Assembly (NCBI GenBank): GCA_033442325.1
Contig: JAWQFM010000015.1
Span: forward strand, 1,144,060 to 1,208,059
Source of the DNA: Salpingoeca rosetta
Lineage: Eukaryota; Protista; Choanoflagellata
Length of the DNA: 64,000 nucleotides
Reading direction: 5' to 3'
Positions 24,424 to 35,924 of the stretch are shown here, one piece after another. Numbering within the stretch: the stretch's first letter is position 1; each line of letters starts with the position of its first letter. Under the pieces are notes generated by a model. It worked only from the letters and a program-made list of their open reading frames with translations, was not told the origin of the DNA and ran no database searches. Both the position numbers and the translations under genes were made by a program.

Positions 24424-25854
24424 GGATGTGGACGTGGAGCTTGATGATGAAGAGGAGCTTGTTGACGTCGACGTGGAAGTGCTTGTGGATGTGTCTGTGA
24501 CTTTCACTGTTGTGGTGGTGGCGTTGAGATCAGTCGTGGTTGTGGGAATGATGGTTGTTGCGTTGAGCTCGGTCGTGGTTGTGGCCTCTGTTGTCGTTGT
24601 CGTGGGAATGATGGTTGTTTCGTTGAGCTCGGTCGTGGTTGTGGCCTCTGCTGTGGTTGTCGTGGGAATGATGGTGGTGGCGTTGAGCTCAGTCGTGGTT
24701 GTGGCCTCTGCTGTCGTTGTCGTGGGAATGATGGTTGTTTCGTTGAGCTCGGTCGTGGTTGTGGCCTCTGCTGTGGTTGTCGTGGGAATGATGGTGGTGG
24801 CGTTGAGCTCAGTCGTGGTTGTGGCCTCTGCTGTCGTTGTCGTGGGAATGATGGTTGTTTCGTTGAGTTCGGTCGTGGTTGTGGCCTCCGCTATTGTGGT
24901 GGCATTGAGCTCGGTCGTGGTCGTTGTGGGAATGATGGTGGTGGCGTTGGGCTCGGTCGTGGTTGTGGCCTCCGCTGTTGTGGTGGCATTGAGCTCAGTG
25001 GTGGTCGTTGTGGGAATGATGGTTGTTGCGTTGAGCTCGGTCGTGGTTGTGGCCTCCGCTGTTGTGGTGGCATTGAGCTCAGTGGTGGTCGTTGTGGGAA
25101 TGATGGTGGTCGCGTTGAGCTCGGTCGTGGTTGTGGCCTCCGCTGTTGTGGTGGCATTGAGCTCAGTGGTGGTCGTTGTGGGAATGATGGTTGTTGCGTT
25201 GAGCTCGGTCGTGGTTGTGGCCTCCGCTGTTGTGGTGGCATGGAGCTCAGTGGTGGTCGTTGTGGGAATGATGGTTGTTGCGTTGAGCTCGGTCGTGGTT
25301 GTGACCTCCGCTGTTGTGGTGGCATTGAGCTCAGTGGTGGTCGTTGTGGGAATGATGGTTGTTGCGTTAAGCTCGGTCGTTGTTGTGGGAATGATGGTGG
25401 TGGCGTTGAGCTCAGTCGTAGTGGCCTCCGCTGTTGTGGTGGCGTTGAGCTCAGTCGTAGTGGTTCTCCAAGAGGTAGTTGACATCGAGGTGCTTGTTGA
25501 AGTACTGGTTGATGTGCTTGTTGACGTATATGTACTTGTCGAAGTCGAAGTTGATGTGGAAGTGGACGTCGCACTTGTGGTCGACGTACTGGTTGATGTG
25601 GACGTGGATGTGGACGTGGATGTGGACGTGGATGTGGACGTGGATGTGGACGTGGATGTGGATGTAAAGTTCAGGATGCCACTGCTGTCCGAGGTTGTAG
25701 ATGTGGAGGTGTTTGGAAACGTCGTGGACACATTCGGAAACGTCGTTGTCGTCGTGGTTGTAACCGTTGGAAAGGTCGGTGATTGGGCGACAGGGCCCTT
25801 GGCGAGGCAGAGCACCACCGCCACGGCTGCAAAGGCTATCGATGGTGCCTTCAT
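16113..25854 (-). CDS. Giant (~3,100 aa) type I membrane protein: mucin, Cys repeats, 5x IPT/TIG-like, Kunitz, GYD repeats, VWC, tyrosinase, GYD repeats, Cys modules, 2x Kazal, TM; three apparent frameshifts
   Basis: Exons 25854-24160, 24003-23500 and 23331-16113 with phase-0 GT-AG introns. Signal peptide MKAPSIAFAAVAVVLCLAKG. Kunitz CAQPALPGPCKASIGRWYFD..CQQFTYGGCGGNSNNF..CEQRC. Tyrosinase HLGAVPQAHGNPAFWPWHR and HGDVH..DPLFFLHHAFVD. Kazal VCGVDGQTYDNVC and CGEDGTTYPSVC. TM GGAIAGILAAIGVTVLLVAIAL. Confidence 0.85.
18370..18950 (-). other. Tyrosinase (type-3 copper) domain with intact CuA and CuB sites
   Basis: RREIRDMT start; CuA H-x7-H-x8-H (THLGAVPQAHGNPAFWPWHR); IPYWDW; CuB H-x3-H..H (RHGDVH..SPYDPLFFLHH). 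Confidence 0.93.
20150..22140 (-). repeat. Five tandem ~130-aa IPT/TIG-like coding repeats (about 400 bp each)
   Basis: Each unit reads VPR(V/I)xx(V/I)xPxC..IDPTYG..ARATCxFW..CTWHGCYA.A.V..ITC..P..VTVQVWH..KQ.NQCFSHEGQS. Repeat 3 is frameshifted. A divergent copy lies at about 22200-22525. Confidence 0.85.
24360..25665 (-). repeat. Mucin-type coding minisatellite (ELNATTIIPTTTTT / ELNATTTAEATTTT) with TS and poly-T tracts
   Basis: Directly visible tandem units in exon 1 of the giant gene; most units contain an N-x-T sequon. Confidence 0.92.
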
Positions 25855-26927
25855 GGCTGCGCGTTGCACGCGGCGCCACCAGATGCTCCAGACAACACCA
25901 AAATGGAGTGATTGGGAGTGGCAATTGCCTGCAGCACCCCCAACCCACAAAACGCAGCACAAGTTCGAGAGTGAGTTGGTGAGTGAGCCAGTCAGCCAGT
26001 CAGTAACGAGAGTGGATTGTAGGTGAGCTCGCGTGTGAGCACGTCGGCACGTGTCAATGAACGTCGAGGTGAACAAACACAAAGCGCACCACCTCAAATC
26101 GTGCACACCCACAGACGCACACACAGACGCACACACATACACAGACGCACACAGACACGTGCACTCACACATGTTCACGTGCGCACCCATACGCGCACAC
26201 TCATTGAGCAAGTCAGGAGGCGCGGACCTTGTATGAGGGAGGGGTGTGCAGATCAAGTTCAGTCCACAGGATCTTGGGTGCGGGTCGAGGGTTGGAAAAA
26301 AAATGGCTATGCCATGCCATGCGTTGACCACTTGTATCGCCGTGTCGGTGCAGGTGGCTGCAGTGGTAGGCCACGCGTTGTACCTGGATTGTTCGTTGGA
26401 CGGCAGCTTCACTGGTGTCAGCGGCCGCAATGGGCCATTGTTGTTGTCGCGTGGACTGGGTGACTCGCGAAGTTATTTTTTGAATGGCGCTCCTCACTGG
26501 TTGCTGGTGGCTGAGCTGAGCGGCGCCAGTGCTCGTGCGTGATCGGCAACCATTCTCACCCGAGCCAACACATTGTTACCCACCCGATCAATGATCATCG
26601 TTTGTTTGTGGAACAGTGTTGAAGTGACGACAGCAAAGATGCGGCAGCAAGCGTCCATTTTTTGTCGCACTTGGACGGTGAACTGGATGCCTGCGTGTTT
26701 CGGTGATGCAGCACACAACGTGATGTGAGTTGCGCCTGCTCCTTCCCATCCACCAGCATCATCAATCACAAGCATAACCAGCGGTAGCACCGCCAGCAGC
26801 GCCATCACCACCAACCATTTCCCTTCCACACAACACGACACGACACTGCACGCACCTTTGATGTTTGTTGTGGTGGTGTTTTGGCTTTCCCGCCAAAACA
26901 CGGCCTGGCAGAGTGGCGACTGAATTC

Positions 26928-27289
26928 TGTCAGCGGAAATTCCCGATGACATGTTTGTGTGTATGAGTGAGTGTGAACGAATGCGTTGTCTTGACGTGTG
27001 GGAACACCATGATTTCACCATGGTCTGACTTTGTGAAAGACCCTCTTTGTTTGTCCCTCTATCAGGTGATCTCCTGATACACAATGTGTGAATGTACACG
27101 TGTCACTTTAATAGTGTATACGTGTACCCTCTTCCTCTATCATATGCGTGATATGTACTGCATGGTGTTCATTCTCTTCTGTCCCCGATTCCAACGACAC
27201 CACTGCGTGGGTTGTCTACCAAGGTTTACTTCAGCTGTGAAAGCTCTCAATACAAGTCTCAGGGAAAACGCTGAGGAACAATCTTGTCA
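26928..27289 (+). repeat. 5' LTR
   Basis: TGTCAGCGGAAATT...GAACAATCTTGTCA; matches 31653-32014 with no difference found by eye. Confidence 0.97.
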
Positions 27290-27306
27290 GATTATGAGAC
27301 CTGGCG
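27290..27306 (+). promoter_or_regulatory. Primer-binding site complementary to an internal (anticodon-arm) tRNA-Met segment
   Basis: GATTATGAGACCT begins immediately after the LTR. Its reverse complement AGGTCTCATAATC matches the anticodon arm of eukaryotic elongator tRNA-Met. Confidence 0.7.
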
Positions 27307-27354
27307 GCGACACCAACTGCGAGCAACACGAAGACGCCGAGACAGAACGACAAC

Positions 27355-30300
27355 ATGAATCAGTTCAAGCACCAAGACAACCCCATGGGGAAAGTACCCG
27401 TGTTCAACGGAGTCAACATGCGCTACAGTGTGTGGGCCATGAGAGTCCGAAACTACATGTTGGAGAGAGACTGCTGGCTGGCAGTATCAGAAGGAGACAA
27501 CGATGAAGAGTACGAGCGGATGATACGGAGCCTCAGTGAAAGCCAGCAAGCCCAGTACAGGCAGATGTATGGAAGGGCCATGGGTATCATCGGCAACGCA
27601 GTAGGCGGAGCACTTACCAAGATCGTGTCAGGGCCGACCATTCGCGGAGACCCACGCAAGGCATGGTTCGCTCTCAAGCAACTGTACGACCGCCGAGACG
27701 ACGAGGAGATCTCCAGACTCAGTGCAAGCATCTTCGCGAGGACCTGGGGCAAGGACGACAACGTGCAGACAGTCATGGGCGATGTCATCGACGCGTATGA
27801 CGAAATCACAGCAGCACAAGGAGTACTGAGCGAGTCCATGGTGGTGAATCACGTCCTCAACATCCTCCCAGACAAGTACAGGAACGTAGCGCAGATCATC
27901 CGCGTTACCCAGAGACAGCTCGACCTGAGAGAACTCCTGAAGATGCTTCTATTGGAACAAGCGAGGGCAAGGACGAAGACGCAGTCACAGCATCAACCAC
28001 TCATCGCCTACGCACAGAAAGGCGATGCCAGGAAGGATAAGAGACGATGCTGGAACTGCGATAAACCAGGCCACCTCAGCAAGGACTGCAGATCAAGAAA
28101 GAAGAAAACCCCCGGGCACGGACGAAAACCACGCAGAGACCAAGACAGGACAAGGCAGTACCGGCATGAGAAGACCTTCAAACTGGCAGAGACAGCACAT
28201 GTGACGTCCACAGCAGCGGCAGGAGACAACGGGTGGCTGGTGGACAGTGGTGCGACAACACACGTCTCATCAGTACGTGACGATTTTCTCACCTTGAGTG
28301 AAGAATCCGTCGACGTAACCCTGGCAGATGGGTCAACGGTTACAGCAACGGGCCGTGGTACAGTGAGACTGCAGACCAGCGCAGGGGCAGTGACGATGAC
28401 AGATGTCCTGTACCTGCCCCGTGGGCAGGCACGCATTATCAGCATGGGTAAAATCATGGAGAAAGGAAACGACGTTTACAGCAAGGCAGGGTCGCTGTAC
28501 ATCACCTTTCCCGATCGAACGCAGATACAGCTCCAGAAGAGGGATGAGCTGTACTTTCTGCCTCAGACGACAACATCAGCGACAACCGCTGCAGCAGTCC
28601 AGGAGAACACGGCGACATCAGCAACAACGGCCACAGCAATCCATGAGAATATGGGACACAGGGCATGTGATCCCTGCATCAAGGGAAAGATGCGGAACGC
28701 CAACAGCAAGAAGTTCTCCGGCAACAGCAACAACAGCTACAAGCCAGGTGAAATGCTGTGTGCAGACCTGACAGGACCACACCCTCCTACGCTTACCGGC
28801 GGCAGATTTGCGGTCGTGCTCCTTGACGTCGCAACCCAGTACAGCAGCGTCGGACTCATGGCAACGAAGAAGGACCTGGCCAACACCTTGGACAGCATGC
28901 TGATGACATTGCCCCGGGCAATGGGCATAGGACACAGAGTGAACACACTGAAGACGGACAACGAGCCACTTTTCTCGACACCTGCTATGCTGAAAGTGCT
29001 ACACAAGCACAAACTCGACATGCGGCATTCTCCCCCGTACCGACCAGAGAAGAACGGAGACGTCGAACGGCACATCCAGACTCTCACGTCCACAGCACGC
29101 ACCCTGCTGATCGACGCGCGCCTTCCGACCGAGTTTTGGGGCTGTGCCCTTCTGCACGCGTCCCATGTGCACAATCACCTGAAGCCACTCCAGCGGCTGA
29201 AACTACATCCAGTGGTGCAAGACATGAAGCAGTTCGGCGTCACGGCGTACGTCAGAGATCGCAACGGTGACAAATGGAGGCCAAGAACATGGACCGGCAT
29301 CTACGTCGGGTTCAACCCACAGTGCAGGGCACACAAGATCTACAACCCCGAGTCACACAACGTCATCAGCACTTACGACGTTCGCTTCCTGACAATGGAA
29401 GAATCCTGGTTAAGGCCCGTTCTTCACCAGAGGGAAGACTTTTTGCCTCCCTCTCTGGACCTGGCACAAAGGCCGTTACCATCAACCACAACAACGACCA
29501 CGCATGAGCCAGTGATGACGCAGCAACAACAGACGCATGAGCCAGTGATGACGCAGCAACAACGGATGCATCAGCCAGTGCAGATACAACGACAACCTCA
29601 ACGAGAGAAGCAGAAGCAGGCTCGTCGGGTGAGGAAGCAACCACAACAGCAAACAACGCACCGAAAGCAGACGTCACCAGTCCAGTCGCTGCCACCGCAG
29701 CAGACGACACCAGTCCAGGCGCTGCCACCGCAGCAGACGACACCAGTCCAGTCGCTGCCACCACAGCAGACGTCAGTCCAGACTCTGCCAACGCAGCACA
29801 AACAGGCGTCAGAACCACCACAGCAGCTGACACAAACGACGCAGCCACCACAGCAGGTGCAGCACATGACGCAGCCACCACAGCAGGTGCAGCACATGAC
29901 GCCAACAACGTCCGACCAAGGGCCGCGCAGGTCCGCACGAATTCGCGCGCAGCAGCAGAAGACGACTGCAGCCAAAGCAACAGCAGCTCAGGCGCGCGCG
30001 GGGTTCGAAGAGGCGGAGAGAAGTGAGATGGACAGCCTGAGAAGACATGGCGTCCTAGAACGTGTTGAGGAGAAGGGGTATGTTAGCACTCCTGTGCTAC
30101 CGACGATGTTCGTCTATTCTACAAAATCCGATGGAAAGAGGAAGGCACGTCTAGTGGTCAGGGGAGACCTGGATCAGCACGACACCAGCACTTACTCCCC
30201 AACAGCAAGCAGATCAACGTTGCTTACCTTGATGGCGTCAACCACAGCTCCACTGATGGTGATGGACGTGACCACTGCGTTCCTTCACGCCGACCTGCCA

Positions 30301-31601
30301 AGAGATGTGCATGTGAAGATCAGAGGAGAGGTTTTCAGGTTGCATAAGGCCCTCTACGGCCTCAAGGACAGCCCACGTCTGTTCCACCAGCACATCCACT
30401 CCATCCTCACACGACTCAGCTGGCAAGCCACCATCACCGACCCTTGTCTCTACACCCGTCAACATCAGCAGNNNNNNNNNNNNNNNNNNNNNNNNNNNNN
30501 NNNNNNNNNNNNNNNNNNNNNNNNNNNNNNNNNNNNNNNNNNNNNNNNNNNNNNNNNNNNNNNNNNNNNNNNNNNNNNNNNNNNNNNNNNNNNNNNNNNN
30601 NNNNNNNNNNNNNNNNNNNNNNNNNNNNNNNNNNNNNNNNNNNNNNNNNNNNNNNNNNNNNNNNNNNNNNNNNNNNNNNNNNNNNNNNNNNNNNNNNNNN
30701 NNNNNNNNNNNNNNNNNNNNNNNNNNNNNNNNNNNNNNNNNNNNNNNNNNNNNNNNNNNNNNNNNNNNNNNNNNNNNNNNNNNNNNNNNNNNNNNNNNNN
30801 NNNNNNNNNNNNNNNNNNNNNNNNNNNNNNNNNNNNNNNNNNNNNNNNNNNNNNNNNNNNNNNNNNNNNNNNNNNNNNNNNNNNNNNNNNNNNNNNNNNN
30901 NNNNNNNNNNNNNNNNNNNNNNNNNNNNNNNNNNNNNNNNNNNNNNNNNNNNNNNNNNNNNNNNNNNNNNNNNNNNNNNNNNNNNNNNNNNNNNNNNNNN
31001 NNNNNNNNNNNNNNNNNNNNNNNNNNNNNNNNNNNNTCCTCACCACCACCGTCGAACACACGACCGGTGCAGATGTTGCGGTTATGACACGACAGCACAA
31101 TTGTCTGACCTAGAAAAAGGTCAACAGTTTCCGACAGCACAAATTGTGACCTACGTCGATGCCTCCTTTGCCATGGACGCGGGCCGGCGCTCGCGCTCCG
31201 GCATCGTCATCTGCGTCAACAACATGCCTGTGTATTGGCGCTCCAGCAAGCAGACGATCACGGCACTCTCCGCAGCAGAAGCTGAATACTCTGCTATCAC
31301 CGAGGGCATCAAGCACACCATTCACGTGAGAGACCAGCTTGACGAAATGATGATCAAGCACAGCACTCCAGTCATCCTCACCGATTCGATGTCTGCCATA
31401 CACATGGCAAACTCCGACAAGATTCAGGAACGCACCAAGCACTTGGGCATACGCATGCAGTTCACACGCGACCACGTACGGAAGCAGACCGTCGAGCTGC
31501 AGCACGTGCCCTCTGGTGACCAAGTCGCTGACATGCTGACCAAACCCTTGCACAAGGGTGCGTTCCACCGACTGGTGCAGAAGATTATGCATCACGAATG
31601 A
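27355..31601 (+). CDS. Copia Gag-Pol polyprotein (interrupted by an assembly gap in RT)
   Basis: Gag zinc knuckle CWNCDKPGHLSKDC; protease WLVDSGAT; integrase ADLTGP / KTDNE / NGDVER; RT KARLVVRG, MDVTTAFL, LHKALYGLKDSPR, DPCLY; RNase H YVDASFA, SAAEAEY, TDSMSA, QVADMLTK; stop at 31601. Confidence 0.95.
30472..31036. other. Assembly gap (565 N)
   Basis: Run of N that covers the RT catalytic core. Confidence 1.
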
Positions 31602-31643
31602 ACCAACCACCACGATCAAGATTCTCCCAAGGCGCATCCATTC

Positions 31644-31652
31644 AGGAGGGTG
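31644..31652 (+). promoter_or_regulatory. Polypurine tract
   Basis: AGGAGGGTG directly before the 3' LTR. Confidence 0.8.
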
Positions 31653-32014
31653 TGTCAGCGGAAATTCCCGATGACATGTTTGTGTGTATGAGTGAGTGTG
31701 AACGAATGCGTTGTCTTGACGTGTGGGAACACCATGATTTCACCATGGTCTGACTTTGTGAAAGACCCTCTTTGTTTGTCCCTCTATCAGGTGATCTCCT
31801 GATACACAATGTGTGAATGTACACGTGTCACTTTAATAGTGTATACGTGTACCCTCTTCCTCTATCATATGCGTGATATGTACTGCATGGTGTTCATTCT
31901 CTTCTGTCCCCGATTCCAACGACACCACTGCGTGGGTTGTCTACCAAGGTTTACTTCAGCTGTGAAAGCTCTCAATACAAGTCTCAGGGAAAACGCTGAG
32001 GAACAATCTTGTCA
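31653..32014 (+). repeat. 3' LTR
   Basis: Copy of 26928-27289, followed by the TSD AATTC. Confidence 0.97.
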
Positions 32015-32905
32015 AATTCAGTGACACAGCAGCACGCAACAAGCGAAACTGCACTGCCTTTTTGTGTGAGCCAGCCGGTGCTACACGCCATCACACAACA
32101 TGCAGGCAACCACCCAAGAATAGCGCATGCACAGATGATGTGACTGTGATGATGATGTGACAACATGTGGAGGAAGAAGAAGCATGGGAACAAGAAGCAA
32201 GGGAAGCAAGCAGGGCCACGCAGCCCGTTTTTATTTTCGGTGACATGACATGAACAGTGGAAATTACAACAACGACCAAACGTCAAAGGCTTGTCAACAC
32301 GCCATCAACACACATCTTCATGCACGCGCACGCACCATACACACTACGCAGGCAGGCAGGCAAGCTGCTCCTCCTGTTTCAATGGAGGATCACATGCAAG
32401 AGAACGACGACACAGCAACGCAACAACAATCGACGGTGGGTAAATGCAGTTTGTTTCTGTGTGTTGCTGCCTGCATCTGGCACGAACCGACAAGTGTAAT
32501 GGACTTGGCATGCCCAGTGTAACCAACAAAGGGAAACAAGCAGCGTGGTAGCTGGATTGGGTGGCTGGCTGCAGCTATTGTGGAGGGGCTTGTCTCGACT
32601 TGACACGTGCAAGGCGCTGCTTGATGGCATCCAACTCTGTCAGATGAATGGCACGTGCAAACACACAACACACACGCACGCACGCACACACACACACACA
32701 CACGCACATTTCGTAGAGAAGAGAAGAAAGTGTCAGTCATCATGTCATTACATCGTTGCCATCGGGCAGCCGCACACAAACAAACACACCCACAATTATT
32801 GACCATCACGGAGAGACCCCACACAAGTAAGCGAAGCCACCCCACCCCCCAAGCGCAGAGTGGTGTGCGCTGCACACGTGGAAAGCACACTGCAAGCAAC
32901 TCAAA

Positions 32906-32993
32906 TCATGCTGTGATGCGCAGCTGGATCGAGAAGTCGTTCAACTCACTCGAGGCAGACGTGGGCTCTTTGGGGCTCTGAAACTCTTCCTTG

Positions 32994-33044
<51 letters not shown>

Positions 33045-33950
33045 TGTTGCTGCTGTGGGAAAGGTGAACTGAAGGAGAGACTGCTCATGTTGGCGCCATC
33101 CAGGTCCGGCAATGCACTCTCTGCCCGTTGCGTGTACATGTGCATGCATGTGCATGTGTGCGCGCGTATGTGTTACTCCAGTTTGAGAAAGCAAGGGCAA
33201 CAGACATGAGAGGTCGACGCAAGCCTTTGATCGTAGTGTGCTTCACGCATGTATATACACACGCGCGTGCATGCATTGTCACACCTTCAAGCAAGCGAGC
33301 GTCAAAGCTGGACGACAGGATGAAGGAAGGATCGTTGCTATGCGAGCTGCAGCACCAATGCAGCCATGAGAGGAAGCCAACGCAACACAAATATACATGC
33401 GAACGCATTTGCGTCATGTATGAACGTGGTGTGAGCGAGTCTGTGTGTGTGTGCGTGTGTGTGCACTGAAACAGAGCCAACACGTAAGAGCAACGCATGA
33501 ATTGTGTAGTGCGTAGACAGGCAAGCTGCTTGCCTGTAGAAGCTCTGGCGTGCTGGGGACGGCGTAAAGGTTGGGATGGACCTGAAGGCCACATGAGCAC
33601 GCAGCACACAGCACACATTTCCATGAATGCGTGAGATACAACGAAATCGTGTGTACGCAGACACACGCGCACGCACAGCGGTGGGCACACAACAGTCAGA
33701 CAAACACACGCACATGCAGGTGAATAGCAATCAACCGCATTCTCCCCTGTGCAACGCGCATGTGCACGTGCACGTGGCAGCGAACAATCAACAACGGTGT
33801 AGTGCTGTTGTACCTGAACTTGCTCGGTGACGTCGGTTCTGAGGTCGCTGACACACGACCGCCACTGGCAGACAACATCGAGTCCAGCAGCGCTGACACG
33901 CGCGGGGAGTGGTGCAGGTGGTGTTGATCATCATAATCATAATCATCATC

Positions 33951-34024
<74 letters not shown>

Positions 34025-35886
34025 CAAGTTGTTGTTCTCGTGCCTCCTCCTCCCGCAACATGACCTCCAATTCCGCCAACTCGTGCTCTGCATCATCAAC
34101 TCGCCAATCTCTCCTCCCACGCTCCAATTCTTCATTTCCATCACCATCAACGCCCCCTCCGCTTTCCGCTGCGCCGTGATGCTGCATGGCTGATGGTTCC
34201 AGTGCCTGGTGCTTATCGCGTTGACCATGTGGACTGCCTTTCTCCCGTGCTTGTTGAGGGCTCTGTTGCTGCTGTTGCTCTGCCTTGAGCGGCGTGCGCG
34301 CGAGCTTGTCCCTGGATGTGTCGCACCACAAGCAAACACCACAAGCAAATAACATCGGACACGAAACACACACACACACACACGGGGCCGTAAGATCCAA
34401 ACGGGCAACTACGCAGCCTGCACACAAGTGCACATGCACAGGCATACTTCGGCAACAGCGCGCATCTGAGCACAAGTGCAGTGCACACCTTGAGGTGAAA
34501 GCAAAGGACGGGTCGATGGCCTCCAACATGTGCTCTTGTGCGTGGAGCTCACCTGCGCATGCAACGCACGGACACGGCGGTGTCCGAACGTGAGAAGCCA
34601 CAACCATCAAGCAATAAATAAAAGACATCGCGCAGCAAAGCGCTCAAGCGCATGGCATTTCACACAGCATCATACCACACACACACACAACACACACACA
34701 CCATCAGGCAACCACAACACATCGCATCACGCTGCGTGGCAGCAACAGAAGCAACAGCAGCAGCAACAACAGCAACAGTGGCTACTGACCAGGAGCGTGT
34801 GGGCGTGGCGGGGACGAGAAGCGGTCGTCAGCAACAGGCGCACCGGACCCAAAATCCAGCTGATGCTTCTGTCGCCGCTTCTGCGACGCTGCTGCTGCTG
34901 CTGCTGGTGATGATGACAACGACGATGTTTGAGGCGCGCGTGCTGGTGTTGACGTGACTGCTGGTGGTGGTGGAGATGAGGAAGGTGATGCCACCATGCC
35001 CTCCACGACCGCCGCGGCCAAATGATCCAATGCCTCGTTCTCCGATTCACCAGCACGCCCGCGTCCCTTTCTCGCAGCTTCATGCTCCTCCTCCTCCTCC
35101 TGGCGTTGCTGGTGGTGGTGGTGCTGCTGCTGGTGGTGTCGGCGTGGCAGTCGCGTGGCAGGTCCGGCGCGAGTGTGTCCTGTTCGTCCATTGATGGATG
35201 CTGGTTTTCCTGCTGCTGATGTTGCTTCTGCTGTTGCTGTTGTTGCTTCTGTTGGTGGTGCTGGTGGTGCTGGCGAGGACGTGGATGCTGCTGTTTCTGT
35301 TTCTGTTTGTGCCCGTGCTGCTTGCGCTGTCCACGGTGCACCCGCAGCCTTCTGTCGCTGCTTCTGTGCGGTGGTGCCGGTTGCGCGAAGTGGCGTGACA
35401 CGTGCGGGCGAACGCTGCGCCTGTTGCACAACGGAAGCGATGGCGGTCGCGGGAAGGGGGACAAGTTCATGGACGAAAGACACCAATAGCACGTGTTGTG
35501 AGCGGTGGTGACGCGACACAACAGTGTTGCAAGCGAGATACACTCAAGCCACATCACCACACAAGTTCGCATGAGAACACCAACCATGCACACGCAACAA
35601 CATGCATCACGACCACCACAACATGTGATTTGAGCACCTGTGTGAGAATATCACGCACAGCGCGCGGCGTCTGCACGCGAAGCGGACGCGCGAGTGCCGA
35701 GCTGCGGCTTGTGGTGTCGCGACCTGTTGGTGTCCGGCTGATGAGGCGGCGCATGTCCTCTGTGCGCATGGGGGAGGACGGCACGTCCGATGGGGACGCC
35801 TCGTCAACATCTGCTTGCAGGCACAGGAGGCAAATGTGTGAGGCAGCCCCGCTCCAGTGTGTTTGTCTGGTTGTCTGTTTGTCGCG

Positions 35887-35924
<38 letters not shown>

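Larger units (their letters stand above)
26928..32014 (+). mobile_element. Full-length Ty1/copia LTR retrotransposon
   Basis: Direct-repeat LTRs of 362 bp with TG..CA ends, 5-bp TSD AATTC at 26923-26927 and 32015-32019, PBS, PPT, and gag-PR-IN-RT-RH order (copia order). Confidence 0.98.

Noticed and set aside
24242-26026. 594-aa Val-rich plus-strand ORF resembling a multi-TM protein
   Set aside because: Reverse complement of the Thr-rich mucin repeat.
27290-27306. tRNA gene
   Set aside because: Only a short antisense match to an anticodon arm with no cloverleaf; interpreted as the PBS.
26494-27506. ORFs overlapping the 5' LTR as env-like or accessory genes
   Set aside because: They run from LTR into flanking sequence, are duplicated only as far as the LTR extends and have no motifs.
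30444-31113. Programmed frameshift between RT and RNase H
   Set aside because: The frame change spans a 565-N gap of estimated length and is uninformative.
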